DNA of 36,358 nt from Nemertoderma westbladi (lineage: Eukaryota > Animalia > Xenacoelomorpha): the NCBI GenBank assembly GCA_032718475.1, contig JAUCBJ010003327.1, forward strand, positions 1 through 36,358, written 5' to 3'. The translations under genes and the position numbers were made by a program. The notes below the pieces were generated by a model that was given only the letters and a program-made list of their open reading frames with translations, had not been told where the DNA came from and did not search any database. This document shows positions 1 through 12,337 of this stretch, piece by piece. The first letter of the stretch is position 1, and each line of letters starts with the position of its first letter.

Positions 1-762
1 TGCTACAAATAGCTTCGATACCTCAATTACGGAGTCGTTGTACATTGGAGATATACGCCCTACCCTAAACACACAGATTGGTTTTAGTTAAATAAAGCTA
101 ACATTATTTTCCGGTTAAGTCGCCCTGTTGTAGTTTTGTTTTGCACACGTTTTCACATTTCATAGTATATTTTCTGCCTGTAGCTCCTATAGTTAGTTTA
201 TTTATATTTTAGGTTGCCATTTATAGCTTTCTTATCGGGAATACTTATTCTCTGCATTATTGAACTGCTTTATCGCACTGTTGATGGTTATATGTAATAT
301 AATCGATACGTTTTGCTTTATAATGAGATTTAGGATCCTAGCCCTGGTTGTTATGTCTGTTTTAATTGTAATATTTTTGCTCTTTTACGGAAAATGATTT
401 ATTTGTTAAAACGCGGTGCTAATAATGGCGCTAAATGGCATGAAACCATCTTGAAACAATGACTAGATATTCAGGATTCCACTTTCCTATCATAAATGGT
501 ATGGCGTGGCTACCATATTGTGAGAGACATATAATGCTGTGTTATTGTCACAAAGTATAAAGTATTATTATTTAAAATTTCTAGATCGCGGAAATCAGAA
601 GATCTCTCGAGGTAATGGCGGTGAGGGTATGTTACATACTAGATGTCTATTGAATTATTATTTTAATGTCATGGCGTATTTTATTTTTCTTTTATATTTT
701 CGTTTCTTTACATAAAGTTTCGTATTTTATATTATTTTGTAACAGGGCAGCCTTGCTTTACC

Positions 763-3148
763 TTAACCCTTAAACTGGTGAAAACTCATGTATGAGTTTT
801 GGCAGTTCCAATTTCACTTGGTGGGGATTTATTAACACAATAATTTTTATTGTCCATTTTTATCCTTTTTTTGTCAATTTTTTTTGATTTTTTATGTCAT
901 CCAAAAGTCTAATGTTATTCTGTATTTTAGTACCGGTACCGGCACTGGTACTGCTATAGGCCTACTGTGTAGCCTACCATTTAAATACGGTAATGGTAGG
1001 CCTACCGGTTGTGCTAATAAATTTTAAATAATTGATAGGCGAAACTGGATTGTGGAAAATGTGGATATATCTTTCACATAATTTAGGCCTATTACTGTAA
1101 TAGTTTTATAATCAATAATGGATCATGACTACTGTCTGAGTAGTGTTACGGATAGCGGCACCACTACTTCCAACAGCACAGATCAGTTCATAAACTCATC
1201 CGTACTCGAAAAAACTACTTATACATGTTATACCCCGTTACCGTTTGATACCGGTAGTCACAATGATAGCGAAAACAACGACCCGTTTTTAGCCCAAAGG
1301 GTCGGACGGCCAAGAGGTTCGTCCAATAAAGGGTATATACGGATTCGTACATTCTCAGACGTTGACAGTTTGGTTAGAAAATCCCGCCTCTGTAATCTGC
1401 CCCTTTCCCTCAATTAGCTAAATGATCGTTTATTGTTTTGGTTAGATAATCCCGCCTCTGTAACCTGCTCCTTTCCCTCAATTGGTAATGTTATCGTTTA
1501 TTGTTTTGGTTAGAAAATCCCGCCTCTGTAACCTGCTCCTTTCTCTCAATTGGTAATGTTATCGTTTATTGTTTTGGTTAGAAAATCCCGTCTCTGTAAC
1601 CTGCTCCTTTCTCTCAATTGGTAATGTTATCGTTTATTGTTTTGGTTAGAAAATCCCGTCTCTGTAACCTGCCCCTTTCCCTCAATTAGTTAAATGATCG
1701 TTTATTGTTTTGGTTAGATAATCCCGCCTCTGTAACCTGCTCCTTTCCCTCAATTGGTAATGTTATCGTTTATTGTTTTGGTTAGGAAATCCCGCCTCTG
1801 TAACCTGCTCCTTTCCCTCAATAAGTTAAGTGATCGTTTATTGTTTTGGTTAGAAAATCCCGCCTCTGTAACCTGCTCCTTTCCCTCAATTAGTTAAGTG
1901 ATCGTTTATTGTTTTGGTTAGAAAATCCCGTCTCTGTAACCTGCTCCTTTCCCTGATTTGGTAAAGTGACTGTTTATTGTTTTGGTTAGAAAACTCGGCC
2001 TTAACCTGCTCCTTTCCATCAATTGGTAATTGTTTTTGGCTATAAAATGAGTGTTTTGCTACGTCATGTGGTAATCGATTATCGACAACAACCACAAACT
2101 ATTAAATATAGAGTCTTTTTACCACAGGCGCATATGGAAATCTATCTCATAATCTATAAATCATGGAATCATGGAATGTTTTGGCACAGGCATAGTGAAA
2201 TCAACTGTCTGACAGTCCAGAAATCAGCAGTCTGACAGTTTGAAGAAATACATACATAAAAATTGACAATAAAAGTCATTAAATGGACAACAAAAGTCAT
2301 TATGCATAATTCGTAAAAAAAAATTGACAAAAAAAGTCAAATAAATTGACATAAAAAATCACTGCCATTTATTAATGGATGTATCTGACTTGACGAAAAC
2401 TCATATATGAGTTTTTATGAGCAATCGTCCTGATTGGTAGTGGTTATATTTTTCTGCTATTCCTCCTTGGTGAGAGTTTTTCTTCTACTTGAGAAAGTTT
2501 AACAAATTTTTTATGTAAAGTTATGAATTGAATGCGGAATTATATCAGTTTGGAATACATAAAAAGAATGGCTTGTAAATTATTCCTAACTTTCTGGAAG
2601 TGGCACAAACAATAAGTATTTAAGTTGTTTATCTAGTTTATACAAGTATATTATAATTAATATTAACATATCGGCACATAGGACTACTATATACCAAACA
2701 TTGCCATACCAGTAAACATATAAGTAAACAAACATGTAATTTCCATCCGATTAGTTATTCATTGTCACTCATTTCAACATCTAATTCTGATTCCTTCTCG
2801 TGTGGAGATTTCAAAACATGGTATAGTGCACAGGAGTAATACAGATTGCGTAATATAATAATGAAACGGCCATTAGTTGAAATTAGACAATTATCCCACA
2901 CTTTACTGTGTTGTTTAGCATACTGATCGTCTGGCGCCGATTCAACTACTGTTGTAAAGCTCATCAACAGCCCAATACAATAATGGGCCTATTGTCGTCG
3001 ACATATAAGTCAACGACTTCCTTCCTGGCAGCTGATAAACATTAGTATAGCCGAAAGTCATTTTTTATGTGAGTTTGGAAACAAGTCAGACCAGACCAGT
3101 TTATCTGTAACTCATATATGAGTTTTCACCAAGTCAGAATAGATTTAA
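763..3148. mobile_element. piggyBac-like non-autonomous DNA transposon (degenerate)
   Basis: Left end TTAA|CCCTTAAACTGGTGAAAACTCATGTATGAGTTTT (763-800). Right end AACTCATATATGAGTTTTCACCAAGTCAGAATAGAT|TTAA (3109-3148) is an inverted match. A further copy of the palindromic motif lies at 2384-2415. Inverted TTGTCAATTTT-type subterminal motifs at ~845-900 and ~2255-2360. No transposase ORF recognised. Confidence 0.5.
1368..2040 (+). repeat. 68-bp tandem repeat, ~10 copies
   Basis: Unit TTTTGGTTAGAAAATCCCGCCTCTGTAACCTGCTCCTTTCCCTCAATT...CGTTTATTG; GTTAG recurs at 1373, 1441, 1509, 1577 and onward (period 68). Confidence 0.95.
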
Positions 3149-3201
3149 AGAAAAGTTCCCACCAAGTAGAACTAACAATCGCAAAACTGGGCGTAGACGC
3201 T

Positions 3202-4170
3202 GTGCCGACACAGGTGCCGACACAGGTGCCGACACAGGTGCCGACACAGGTGCCGACACAGGTGCCGACACAGGTGCCGACACAGGTGCCGACACAGGTG
3301 CCGACACAGGTGCCGACACAGGTGCCGACACAGGTGCCGACACAGGTGCCGACACAGGTGCCGACACAGGTGCCGACACAGGTGCCGACACAGGTGCCGA
3401 CACAGGTGCCGACACAGGTGCCGACACAGGTGCCGACACAGGTGCCGACACAGGTGCCGACACAGGTGCCGACAGAGGTGCCGACACAGGTGCCGACACA
3501 GGTGCCGACACAGGTGCCGACACAGGTGCCGACACAGGTGCCGACACAGGTGCCGACACAGGTGCCGACACAGGTGCCGACACAGGTGCCGACACAGGTG
3601 CCGACACAGGTGCCGACACAGGTGCCGACACAGGTGCCGACACAGGTGCCGACACAGGTGCCGACACAGGTGCCGACACAGGTGCCGACACAGGTGCCGA
3701 CACAGGTGCCGACACAGGTGCCGACACAGGTGCCGACAGAGGTGCCGACACAGGTGCCGACACAGGTGCCGACACAGGTGCCGACACAGGTGCCGACACA
3801 GGTGCCGACACAGGTGCCGACACAGGTGCCGACACAGGTGCCGACACAGGTGCCGACACAGGTGCCGACACAGGTGCCGACACAGGTGCCGACACAGGTG
3901 CCGACACAGGTGCCGACAGAGGTGCCGACACAGGTGCCGACACAGGTGCCGACACAGGTGCCGACACAGGTGCCGACACAGGTGCCGACACAGGTGCCGA
4001 CACAGGTGCCGACACAGGTGCCGACACAGGTGCCGACACAGGTGCCGACACAGGTGCCGACACAGGTGCCGACACAGGTGCCGACACAGGTGCCGACACA
4101 GGTGCCGACACAGGTGCCGACACAGGTGCCGACACAGGTGCCGACATAGGTGCCGACATAGTGACCGACT
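3202..4170 (+). repeat. 12-bp minisatellite (GTGCCGACACAG)n, ~80 copies
   Basis: Near-perfect array with rare C>G variants (3475, 3739, 3919); it produces the QVPT and VSAP repeat ORFs. Confidence 0.97.
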
Positions 4171-4698
4171 TAGGCACTCAGGTTTCTCTCAATATGTTTA
4201 TCTCACTAAATGGCTTACTTGTTGTGACGTTATATACTGTCTATTTGTAACTTTCAGAAAAATCAAATTCCAAAAGCTTTATATGGCAGATTATCCCCGT
4301 CGGCAGTATGCAAAGGTTTAACACGTCAAAAAATATTTTATACCATACCTGAAGACCCCCTGCGATAGGAACACATGTTGTATAATAACATCCTGCTGTC
4401 AATAATTAACGTAAATCATATGTTTCATTTACCCAATAAACCTTGCCGTATGTCTGGCATCAAGTCAGAATGTTATTATTAACTTCACATAAAAATAATT
4501 ATTCCTTTTCAGGCAGCATCATCCATTCAGAAGACTTTAAACAAGCGAATACATAAGATACAAGGAGTCTAAACAATTACCCATTTATATTCTCCTCATG
4601 TGTCAGTCTAAACTATACTTAAAAATTATTCTAATTCTACGGCGGTAATCGAATACCGCAACCATAGGTATACGGGGGTGGGTGTGGGGGGGGGAGGG

Positions 4699-4749
4699 CC
4701 TATGTCGGCACCTGTGTCGGCACCTGTGTCGGCACCTGTGTCGGCACCT
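4699..4749 (-). repeat. Inverted copies (4) of the 12-bp unit; truncated right arm of a TIR element
   Basis: CCTATGTCGGCACCTGTGTCGGCAC... mirrors the CCGACATAGG variant at 4141-4150; cut off by the CACTG element at 4750. Confidence 0.85.
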
Positions 4750-5710
4750 CACTGAAAAAACCAAACCTGTATTTGTGATTTTCACCCTAGGTTGTAAATT
4801 ATAACATAGGTTTTCAATTTAGAACTTCCGATTTCGAAGAAATAATAAGTGTTTCAAATTAACGATTTATATAATTAGTTTGAGTGGTATTGACATTAGG
4901 GTTAATTACAATTACTTTTAAAAGAATTATAAAACTTTTAATATTTTTTTATCAAACTACTGGTTTCTCAAAAAAACCGTAGTTTTAATGAGAAAAAAAA
5001 CCACCGGTTTTAAATAATTTGATGATGGTTTTCTAATCAGTGACAAACCCGGGTTTAACCCCATAATAAACACATAATTAATGAAACAAAAACGGGGTTT
5101 TTGGGAATAAATCTATTTTTAATTACTGTTGTTTAACTTGGGGTTTGTAAATTCTTTGAAAGTAGGGTTGTGGATTGTGAAAACCACTGTTTTTTTATAC
5201 ATTAACCCTTCATCTTGTTAACTGATAAACCTGGGTTTTTATTCAATAAAGATTGAGGTTTTTAACAAATAAAATGCCGGTTTTATGATAATAACAGTCG
5301 CAAATTTGTACGAGAAAACCTGGGGTTTGAAAATATTGGAAACTAGGGGTTTTGGTTAATTAAAACCATGTATTTTGTATACATTTAACCTTCATCTTGT
5401 TAACTGATAAACCTGGGTTTTTATTCAATAAAGATTGAGGTTTTTAACAAATAAAATGCCGGTTTTATGATAACAGTCGCAAATTTGTACGAGAAAACCT
5501 GGGGTTTGAAAATATTTGAAACTAGGGTTTTTTGTTAAATTAAAACATGCATTTTTTTTAAACATTTAACCTTCATTTTGTTAACTGATAAACCTGGGTT
5601 TTTATTCAATAATGATTGAGGTTTTTAACAAACAAAATGCCGGTTTTATAATAATAATAAGTCATAAATTAATGCGATAATACCTGGGGTTTGTTAATAT
5701 TTGAAACCTT
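4750..5710 (-). mobile_element. Partial CACTG-ended non-autonomous DNA transposon (right-end fragment, reverse orientation)
   Basis: CACTGAAAAAACCAAACCTGTATTTGTG... is the reverse complement of 10686-11291; contains a ~182-bp internal triplication (~5200-5710). Confidence 0.85.
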
Positions 5711-6191
5711 CTTACCCATAATGCCGCACAAGTCCCTAAAACCCAAAAGGTGTTTACCATGCGCTCCATAGCCATGGAAATTCAAATGATAAAGACACAA
5801 ATTTATATATTTTTGGCGGTTAATTCAAATCATTTGAATTTCCCGGGCGATCTATCATGGTCGGAGCAGGTTGGCACCTGACCTATTCCTGTATTCAGCT
5901 ATATATTATTGATTTGTATCATACCTAAATGCCGCATTCTGCATTCAGCATTGGACCGGTGCATATCTGCCTATTACAATTTGCCTCTGATACCAGCACT
6001 GTAGCATGAGCACTAAGACTGCACACCGTACAATTTTTTTGGCTGCCTGGGTTTACTAGTTTTAGGCCTTTAGTGCAGTAGCAGAGTTCAGGACTCCAGC
6101 TGCCAGGCTGCCCAGGGCCAGGAGTCTGGGAGTAGGGCTACAGGCTGCGCTGTCTGGCTCTGGCTGTAGGGTACCGGTGGTATGGTACCTA

Positions 6192-8376
6192 CACTGAAAA
6201 AACGAAACCTGTATTATTTATTGAAAAACCACCGGTTTGCCGAAGGAATCGCCGATTAAAATCCAGCCACTTTAATCGCCGATTCTTTCAGCAAACCGGT
6301 GGTTTCGAAAACCGGTGGTTAAGCCAAACCGGTGGTTTAGGCAAGTTATAAACTCTGGGTTTATTCTATATTTTCAACCATATCGAACGGGATTCACAAA
6401 CTTAAAACCTGGTTTAGATGTATTTTAAACAGGGGTTCATTCAAACAAAACCAGGGGTTCCTAAATATAAAACCTGGTTTAGATGATGTGAAACAGGGTT
6501 TCATTCACAACAAAACCAGGGGTTCCTAAATATAAAACCTGGTTTAGATGTATTTTAAACAGGGGTTCATTCACACAAAACCAGGGGTTCCTAAATATAA
6601 AACCTGGTTTAGATGTATGTGAAACGGGGTTTCATTCACACAAAACCAGGGGTTCCTAAATATAAAACCTGGTTTAGATGTATTGTGAAACGGGGTTTCA
6701 TTCACACAAAACCAGGGGTTCCTAAACATAAAACCTGGTTTAGATGTATTTTAAACAGGGGTTCATTCACACAAAACCAGGGGTTCCTAAATATAAAACC
6801 TGGTTTAGATGATGTGAAACGGGGTTTCATTCACACAAAACCAGGGGTTCCTAAATATAAAACCTGGTTTAGATGTATTTTAAACAGGGGTTCATTCACA
6901 CAAAACCAGCGGTTCCTAAATATAAAACCTGGTTTAGATGTATTTTAAACAGGGGTTCATTCAAACAAAACCAGGGGTTCCTAAATATAAAACCTGGTTT
7001 AGATGTGTGAAACGGGGTTTCATTCACACAAAACCAGGGGTTCCTAAATATAAAACCTGGTTTAGATGTATTTTAAACAGGGGTTTCATTCACACAAAAC
7101 CAGAGGTTCCTAAATATAAAACCTGGTTTAGATGTATTTTAAACAGGGGTTCATTCAAACAAAACCAGGGGTTCCTAAATATAAAACCTGGTTTAGATGT
7201 GTGAAACGGGGTTTCATTCACACAAAACCAGGGGTTCCTAAATATAAAACCTGGTTTAGATGTGTGAAACGGGGTTTCATTAACACAAAACCAGGGGTTC
7301 CTAAATATAAAACCTGGTTTAGATGTGTGAAACGGGGTTTCATTAACACAAATCCAGGGGTTCCTAAATATAAAACCTGGTTTAGATGTATTTTAAACAG
7401 GGGTTCATTCACACAAAACCAGGGGTTCCTAAATATAAAACCTGGTTTAGATGTGTGTGAAACAGGGTTTCATTCACACAAAACCTGCGGTCCCTAAATA
7501 TAAAACCTGGTTTAGATGTATTTTAAACGGGGGTTCATTCACACAAAACCAGGGGTTCCTAAATATAAAACCTGGTTTAGATGTGTGAAACGGGGTTTCA
7601 TTCACACAAAACCTGCGGTTCCTAAATATAAAACCTGGTTTAGATGTATTTTAAACAGGGGTTCATTCACACAAAACCAGGGGTTCCTAAATATAAAACC
7701 TGGTTTAGATGTGTGTGAAACAGGGTTTCATTCACACAAAACCTGCGGTCCCTAAATATAAAACCTGGTTTAGATGTATTTTAAACGGGGGTTCATTCAC
7801 ACAAAACCAGGGGTTCCTAAATATAAAACCTGGTTTAGATGTGTGAAACGGGGTTTCATTCACACAAAACCTGCGGTTCCTAAATATAAAACCTGGTTTA
7901 GATGTATTTTAAACAGGGGTTCATTCACACAAAACCAGGGGTTCCTAAATATAAAACCTGGTTTAGATGTGTGTGAAACAGGGTTTCATTCACACAAAAC
8001 CAGCGGTTCCTAAATATAAAACCTGGTTTAGATGTATTTTAAACAGGGGTTCATTCACACAAAACCAGGGGTTCCTAAATATAAAACCTGGTTTAGATGT
8101 GTGAAACGGGGTTTCATCCACACAAAACCTGCGGTTCCTAAATATAAAACCTGGTTTAGATGTATTTTAAACAGGGTTTCATTCACACAAAACCTGCGGT
8201 TCCTAAATATAAAACCTGGTTTAGATGTATTTTAAACGGGGGTTCATTCACACAAAACCAGGGGTTCCTAAATATAAAACCTGGTTTAGATGTATTTTAA
8301 ACGGGGGTTCATTCACACAAAACCAGGGGTTCCTAAATATAAAACCTGGTTTAGATGTATTTGAAACGGGGTTTTT
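6192..8376 (+). mobile_element. Partial CACTG-ended element (left end plus expanded internal satellite; right end missing)
   Basis: TA|CACTGAAAAAACGAAACCTG...; the first ~210 bp are nearly identical to 10272-10480. Confidence 0.85.
6405..8376 (+). repeat. ~63-66-bp satellite, ~30 copies, with ~258-bp higher-order structure
   Basis: Unit AAACCTGGTTTAGATGTATTTTAAACAGGGGTTCATTCACACAAAACCAGGGGTTCCTAAATATA with alternating TATTTTAAAC/TGTGAAAC variants; spurious ORFs recur at 7516, 7774 and 8032. Confidence 0.95.
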
Positions 8377-8418
8377 ACATAATCTTACAAGAACACAAAA
8401 CATACACCATTACCTTAA

Positions 8419-8957
8419 TATGTATTCCCTTAATACAACCATTTTTAAGGGGTCGGAACCCCCCCCCCCCCCTAATTTTTTTCAAATTTCAATCATATGC
8501 TACGAAATTTGGTATGATGGTAGTTCGACAATTTTTCTTACTGCTGGCGTGGCCTGGCCGGATTTTTTAATTTATGAGCTATTTCGATACAACAGTCGAG
8601 GCCGTTAAAAACGCCCTTTTAACAATATTTAACCATCTCTGTTGGCTTTATTTTTAATCTTTTGAATGTAATCTAGATATTATGTCAAAGATATTATGAA
8701 AATACTAGGGTGTAAATTTTGATTAAAATAAAGCCAACAAGATGGTTAAATTTAAATATTGCTAAAAAGGAGTTTTTAACGGCTTGTTGTATCGAAATAG
8801 GTCATAAATTAAAAAATCAGGCAAGGCCAGCAGGAAGAAAAGTTGTCGAACTACCATCAAACCAAATTTCGTAGCATATGATTGAAATTTGAAAAAAGAG
8901 GGGGGGGGGGGGGGGTCCGATCCCTTAAAATGGTTGTTGTATTAAGGGAGATACATA
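8419..8957. mobile_element. MITE with ~240-bp terminal inverted repeats
   Basis: 8419-8660 is an imperfect reverse complement of 8720-8957 (poly-C/poly-G, TTTCAATCATATGCTACGAAATTTGG and GTTGGCTTTATTTT all mirrored). Confidence 0.88.
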
Positions 8958-9619
8958 CAGCAGACACAAGGGGGAAAATACATATAAAGTAAAACACACT
9001 AATCTAAAAGAAGATAAGGCATAGGAGGATACTCTAATAAATAAATCAGCCCTTTATTCAGTTTGTCTTTCCATTATGCAAAATTATCATTCTTCATTAA
9101 ACTTAAATTTATTTACATTCACTTAGTTAACTTTATAATATCATTTAATATAACAGTAAAGGAAGGTGCAGCATGTTAGAACTGTGGGGCAGTGGGGAAC
9201 ATCTTAATATTTCATTTAAAACATGTCGTGTCTGTTCAACCAATAAGGTACCGGTAGCTGAAAAATGCTGGGGTGTAGGCTAACTATTAAAAGTGGATTT
9301 GGAAGCTTTGTCCGGTCTGTGAGAATTCTGTTGACCAAGAACAGTTGCTTAAAAGCTTCATGAAACTCAAAACGAAAAGTGTTCATAGAGATAATCTTTT
9401 CATTCCGTCACAGTGATAGAGGGAAGCCATACTATGTTCCAAATAAATCCCTCCTCACATTTAGTCCCAGTTCCGCAGTTATCCAACTGGATATCAGTAT
9501 ATATAACATTGCCCTGAAAAGGGCCGTTTGGGTTGGTGTAAGACGAGTCAGGGAAGTGTCAGGGTGTGGGATACCACACACTGAGATTCGCGAGCAAGTT
9601 TGTAAGGGCAGTGGTCCCA

Positions 9620-10125
9620 GTTTTCACATAGGTCGTGCAACTCGCACCACATGAACTCGTCCAGGTGGCTGGGCAGCACGGTGCTCTGGACGCTGCACAT
9701 CGACTTAAATCGGCGCTTGCAGTTCTTCCAGTAGCACTCGACGTGGTTGGTGCAGGCGCCGGTAACTGGGTCGACGAAGTTTTGGTCATGGATCACGACT
9801 TGGTGAGTACGCCATGTTCGGCATGGCACCGATCCCGTGTATGCTGCCCAATCATCGAAATGAATGATGGAACCAGGCGCGATATAGTTACCTATAATTA
9901 GCAGCAACGTCAGAACGTATTTGCCTCAAGAGTCAAGATGCCCGTCGACCATCTTGAGGAAGAAGCCCTCCTGTTTGAGGCAGAGATTGTCATATCGTGC
10001 TGAATACCTCGCGCTCAGGCTGTCAGGCACCTCAGCACCTCGTGGCCCACGTTCCCCTTCCCATCCGCTTCGCTATTAGCTGATTAGCGACTCGTCGACT
10101 TCGACGATAACTGGATAACGCCCGG
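9620..10125 (-). pseudogene. Merlin/ISXO2 (IS1595-family-like) DDE transposase remnant
   Basis: IVEVDESL motif at ~10085-10110, plus IAPGSIIHFDDWAAY, H-QNFVDPVTGACTNHVECYW and LPSHLDEFMW; frameshifted and rearranged. Confidence 0.85.
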
Positions 10126-10271
10126 TCCGTCGATAAGATGGGGGTGGTGAATAATATGTCCCCCAGTCCCTGTACTTCTCTCCTGACTCCTGTTCAGCTT
10201 TCATTGTTTCATCTGTATCTAACCAGTTCCGGCCTTCGCCTTCGGCCTACCTAACGCTACGCTAACAGCTA

Positions 10272-11291
10272 CACTGAAAAAACGAAACCTGTATTATTTA
10301 TTAAAAAACCACCAGTTTGCCGAAGGAATCGCCGATTAAAATCCAGCCACTTTAATCGCCGATTCTTTCAGCAAACCGGTGGTTTCGAAAACCGGTGGTT
10401 AAGCCAAACCGGTGGTTTAGGCAAGTTAAAAACTCTGGGTTTATTCTATATTTTCAACCATATCAAAGGGGATTTACAAACATAAAACCTGGTTTACATG
10501 TATTTTAAACGGGGTTTCATTCATACAAAACCTGCGGTTCCTAAATATAAAACCTGGTTTAGATGTATGTGAAACGGGATTTCATTCATACAAAACCTGC
10601 GGTTCCTAAATATAAAACCTGGTTTAGATGTATGTGAAACGGGATTTCATTCATACAAAACCTGCTGTTCCTAAATATAAAACCTTAATTAACCAAAACC
10701 CCTAGTTTCAAATATTATCAAACTCAGGTTTTATCGTACTAATTTGCAACTGTTGTTTATCATAAAACCGGCATTTTATTTGTTAAAAACCTCAATCTTT
10801 ATTGAATAAAAACCCAGGTTTATCAGTTAACATAATTAAGGGTTAATGTATAAAAAACTGTGGTTTTTACAACCCAGAAACCCTACTTTCAAAGAATTTA
10901 TAAACCCCAAGTTTTATCAGTAATTAAAAATAGATTTATTTCCAAAAACCCCGTTTTTATTTCATTGATTATGTGTTTATTATGGGGTTAAACCCGGGTT
11001 TGTCACTGATAAGAAAACCATCATCATATGATTTAATACCGGTGGTTTTTCTCAGTGAAACTAGGGTTTTTTGAGAAACCAGTAGTTTGATACAAAAATT
11101 ATAAAAGTTTCATAATTATTTTAAAAGTGATTGCAATTAACCCTTATGTCAATACCACTCAAATTAATAGTATAAATCGTTAATTTGAAACATTTATTTT
11201 TTTTCGAAATCGGAAGTTTCAAATTGAAAACCTATGTTATAATTTACAACCTAGGGTGAAAATCACAAATACAGGTTTGGTTTTTTCAGTG
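10272..11291 (+). mobile_element. Complete ~1020-bp non-autonomous DNA transposon, CACTG...CAGTG ends, TA TSD (CMC/EnSpm-like ends, family uncertain)
   Basis: TA|CACTGAAAAAACGAAACCTGTATT ... AATACAGGTTTGGTTTTTTCAGTG|TA; carries only ~3 copies of the 65-bp unit. Confidence 0.9.
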
Positions 11292-12120
11292 TAATTAATG
11301 ACTAATTTCTTTATATTTTTTCTATTACAGAGAATGTGTAAGGATGATTTGGAGTGGATTATTTCCCTTATGCGTGCGCTGACTGACCTATTGCAGCTTC
11401 AATATGTTTAGCTAACTTTGCAAATACCTGATGACGTCATGTCAAACTTTCCGTGTATTTATACCACATTAGATGTTATTCATAACTTATTCCTCATCCA
11501 ACGCTGAATGAACGAACCTTCGTGGATTCGATTCAGTCTCGAAACCCTTCCGGTTTCCGAACTTATGGTGTTCCGAAACGTCGTGTTTCCAACATGTCCG
11601 GTTTCCGAGCTATCCAACCGTCCGACCCCCATACCTGACTGTTAGTTCCTATTGCGCCTATACGAAACTGTCTAATTTTCTATGCCAGATATTTTTCCCC
11701 GTGTCCCCATTGGCTGTTTTTCTTTTTTTTTATCCCGAGAACGAACAGCTGCCTATTACGTTTATATCTTTTTGTATCTACCAATAGTAATATAAATGTT
11801 TTTGAATTATTAACCTTATTATGTAAAAGATACATATTTAATTGAATTATATTTATTGAGGCTTAATTTCTTCCCAGTAAACAACTCGTTAGATTTATAT
11901 TTATAAATAACTGCTAAGATTATTTCTGTATTACAGCTAAGTTGGATATATTTGATACTAAAAGCGATATAGTTTGTCAATGAAATTTTCCCTCGTATTA
12001 TATTTACCAGTAAATTTACCAAAATACATCTTAGGCCCCATTTATAAGATTCAAAATTTTGTTTGGTTATAAAACTTTTACATGTTTTTATGTTACAATA
12101 ATGGTGTATATGTGGCTTAC

Positions 12121-12337
12121 GGGAGTAAACGCTACGCCGACAACCGACAACCAACGCCGACAACCATTATTAAAGCTAATTAATGATATTTATTAATTGA
12201 GGGAAAGGAACAGGTTACAGTGCAAGGTTGTTTTAACCAAAACAATAAACAAGAGTCACGAACTCGGTTATATTTTCATATTTGCTGTTGTCGGCAGTAG
12301 TTGTCGGCTGTCGGTTGTCGGCGTACCGTTTACACCC
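12121..12337. mobile_element. 217-bp Mutator-like MITE with 9-bp TSD
   Basis: TIRs GGGAGTAAACGCTACGCCGACAACCGACA / TGTCGGTTGTCGGCGTACCGTTTACACCC; TSD GTGGCTTAC at 12112-12120 and 12338-12346. Confidence 0.9.

Noticed and set aside
1118-1417. 99-aa ORF with AT-hook-like GRPRGS
   Set aside because: Short, runs into the tandem repeat and has no further domain support; at best a TE remnant.
2755-2967. ORF as a piggyBac C-terminal cysteine-rich domain
   Set aside because: The cysteine pattern is incomplete and no DDD domain is recognisable.
3118-4177. 343-aa QVPT and 347-aa VSAP ORFs as real genes
   Set aside because: A 12-bp stop-free unit with no synonymous variation, no signal peptide, and starts derived from TE sequence.
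6613-8608. Many short KPGVPKYKTWFRC ORFs
   Set aside because: Translations of a satellite whose unit length is mostly not a multiple of 3.
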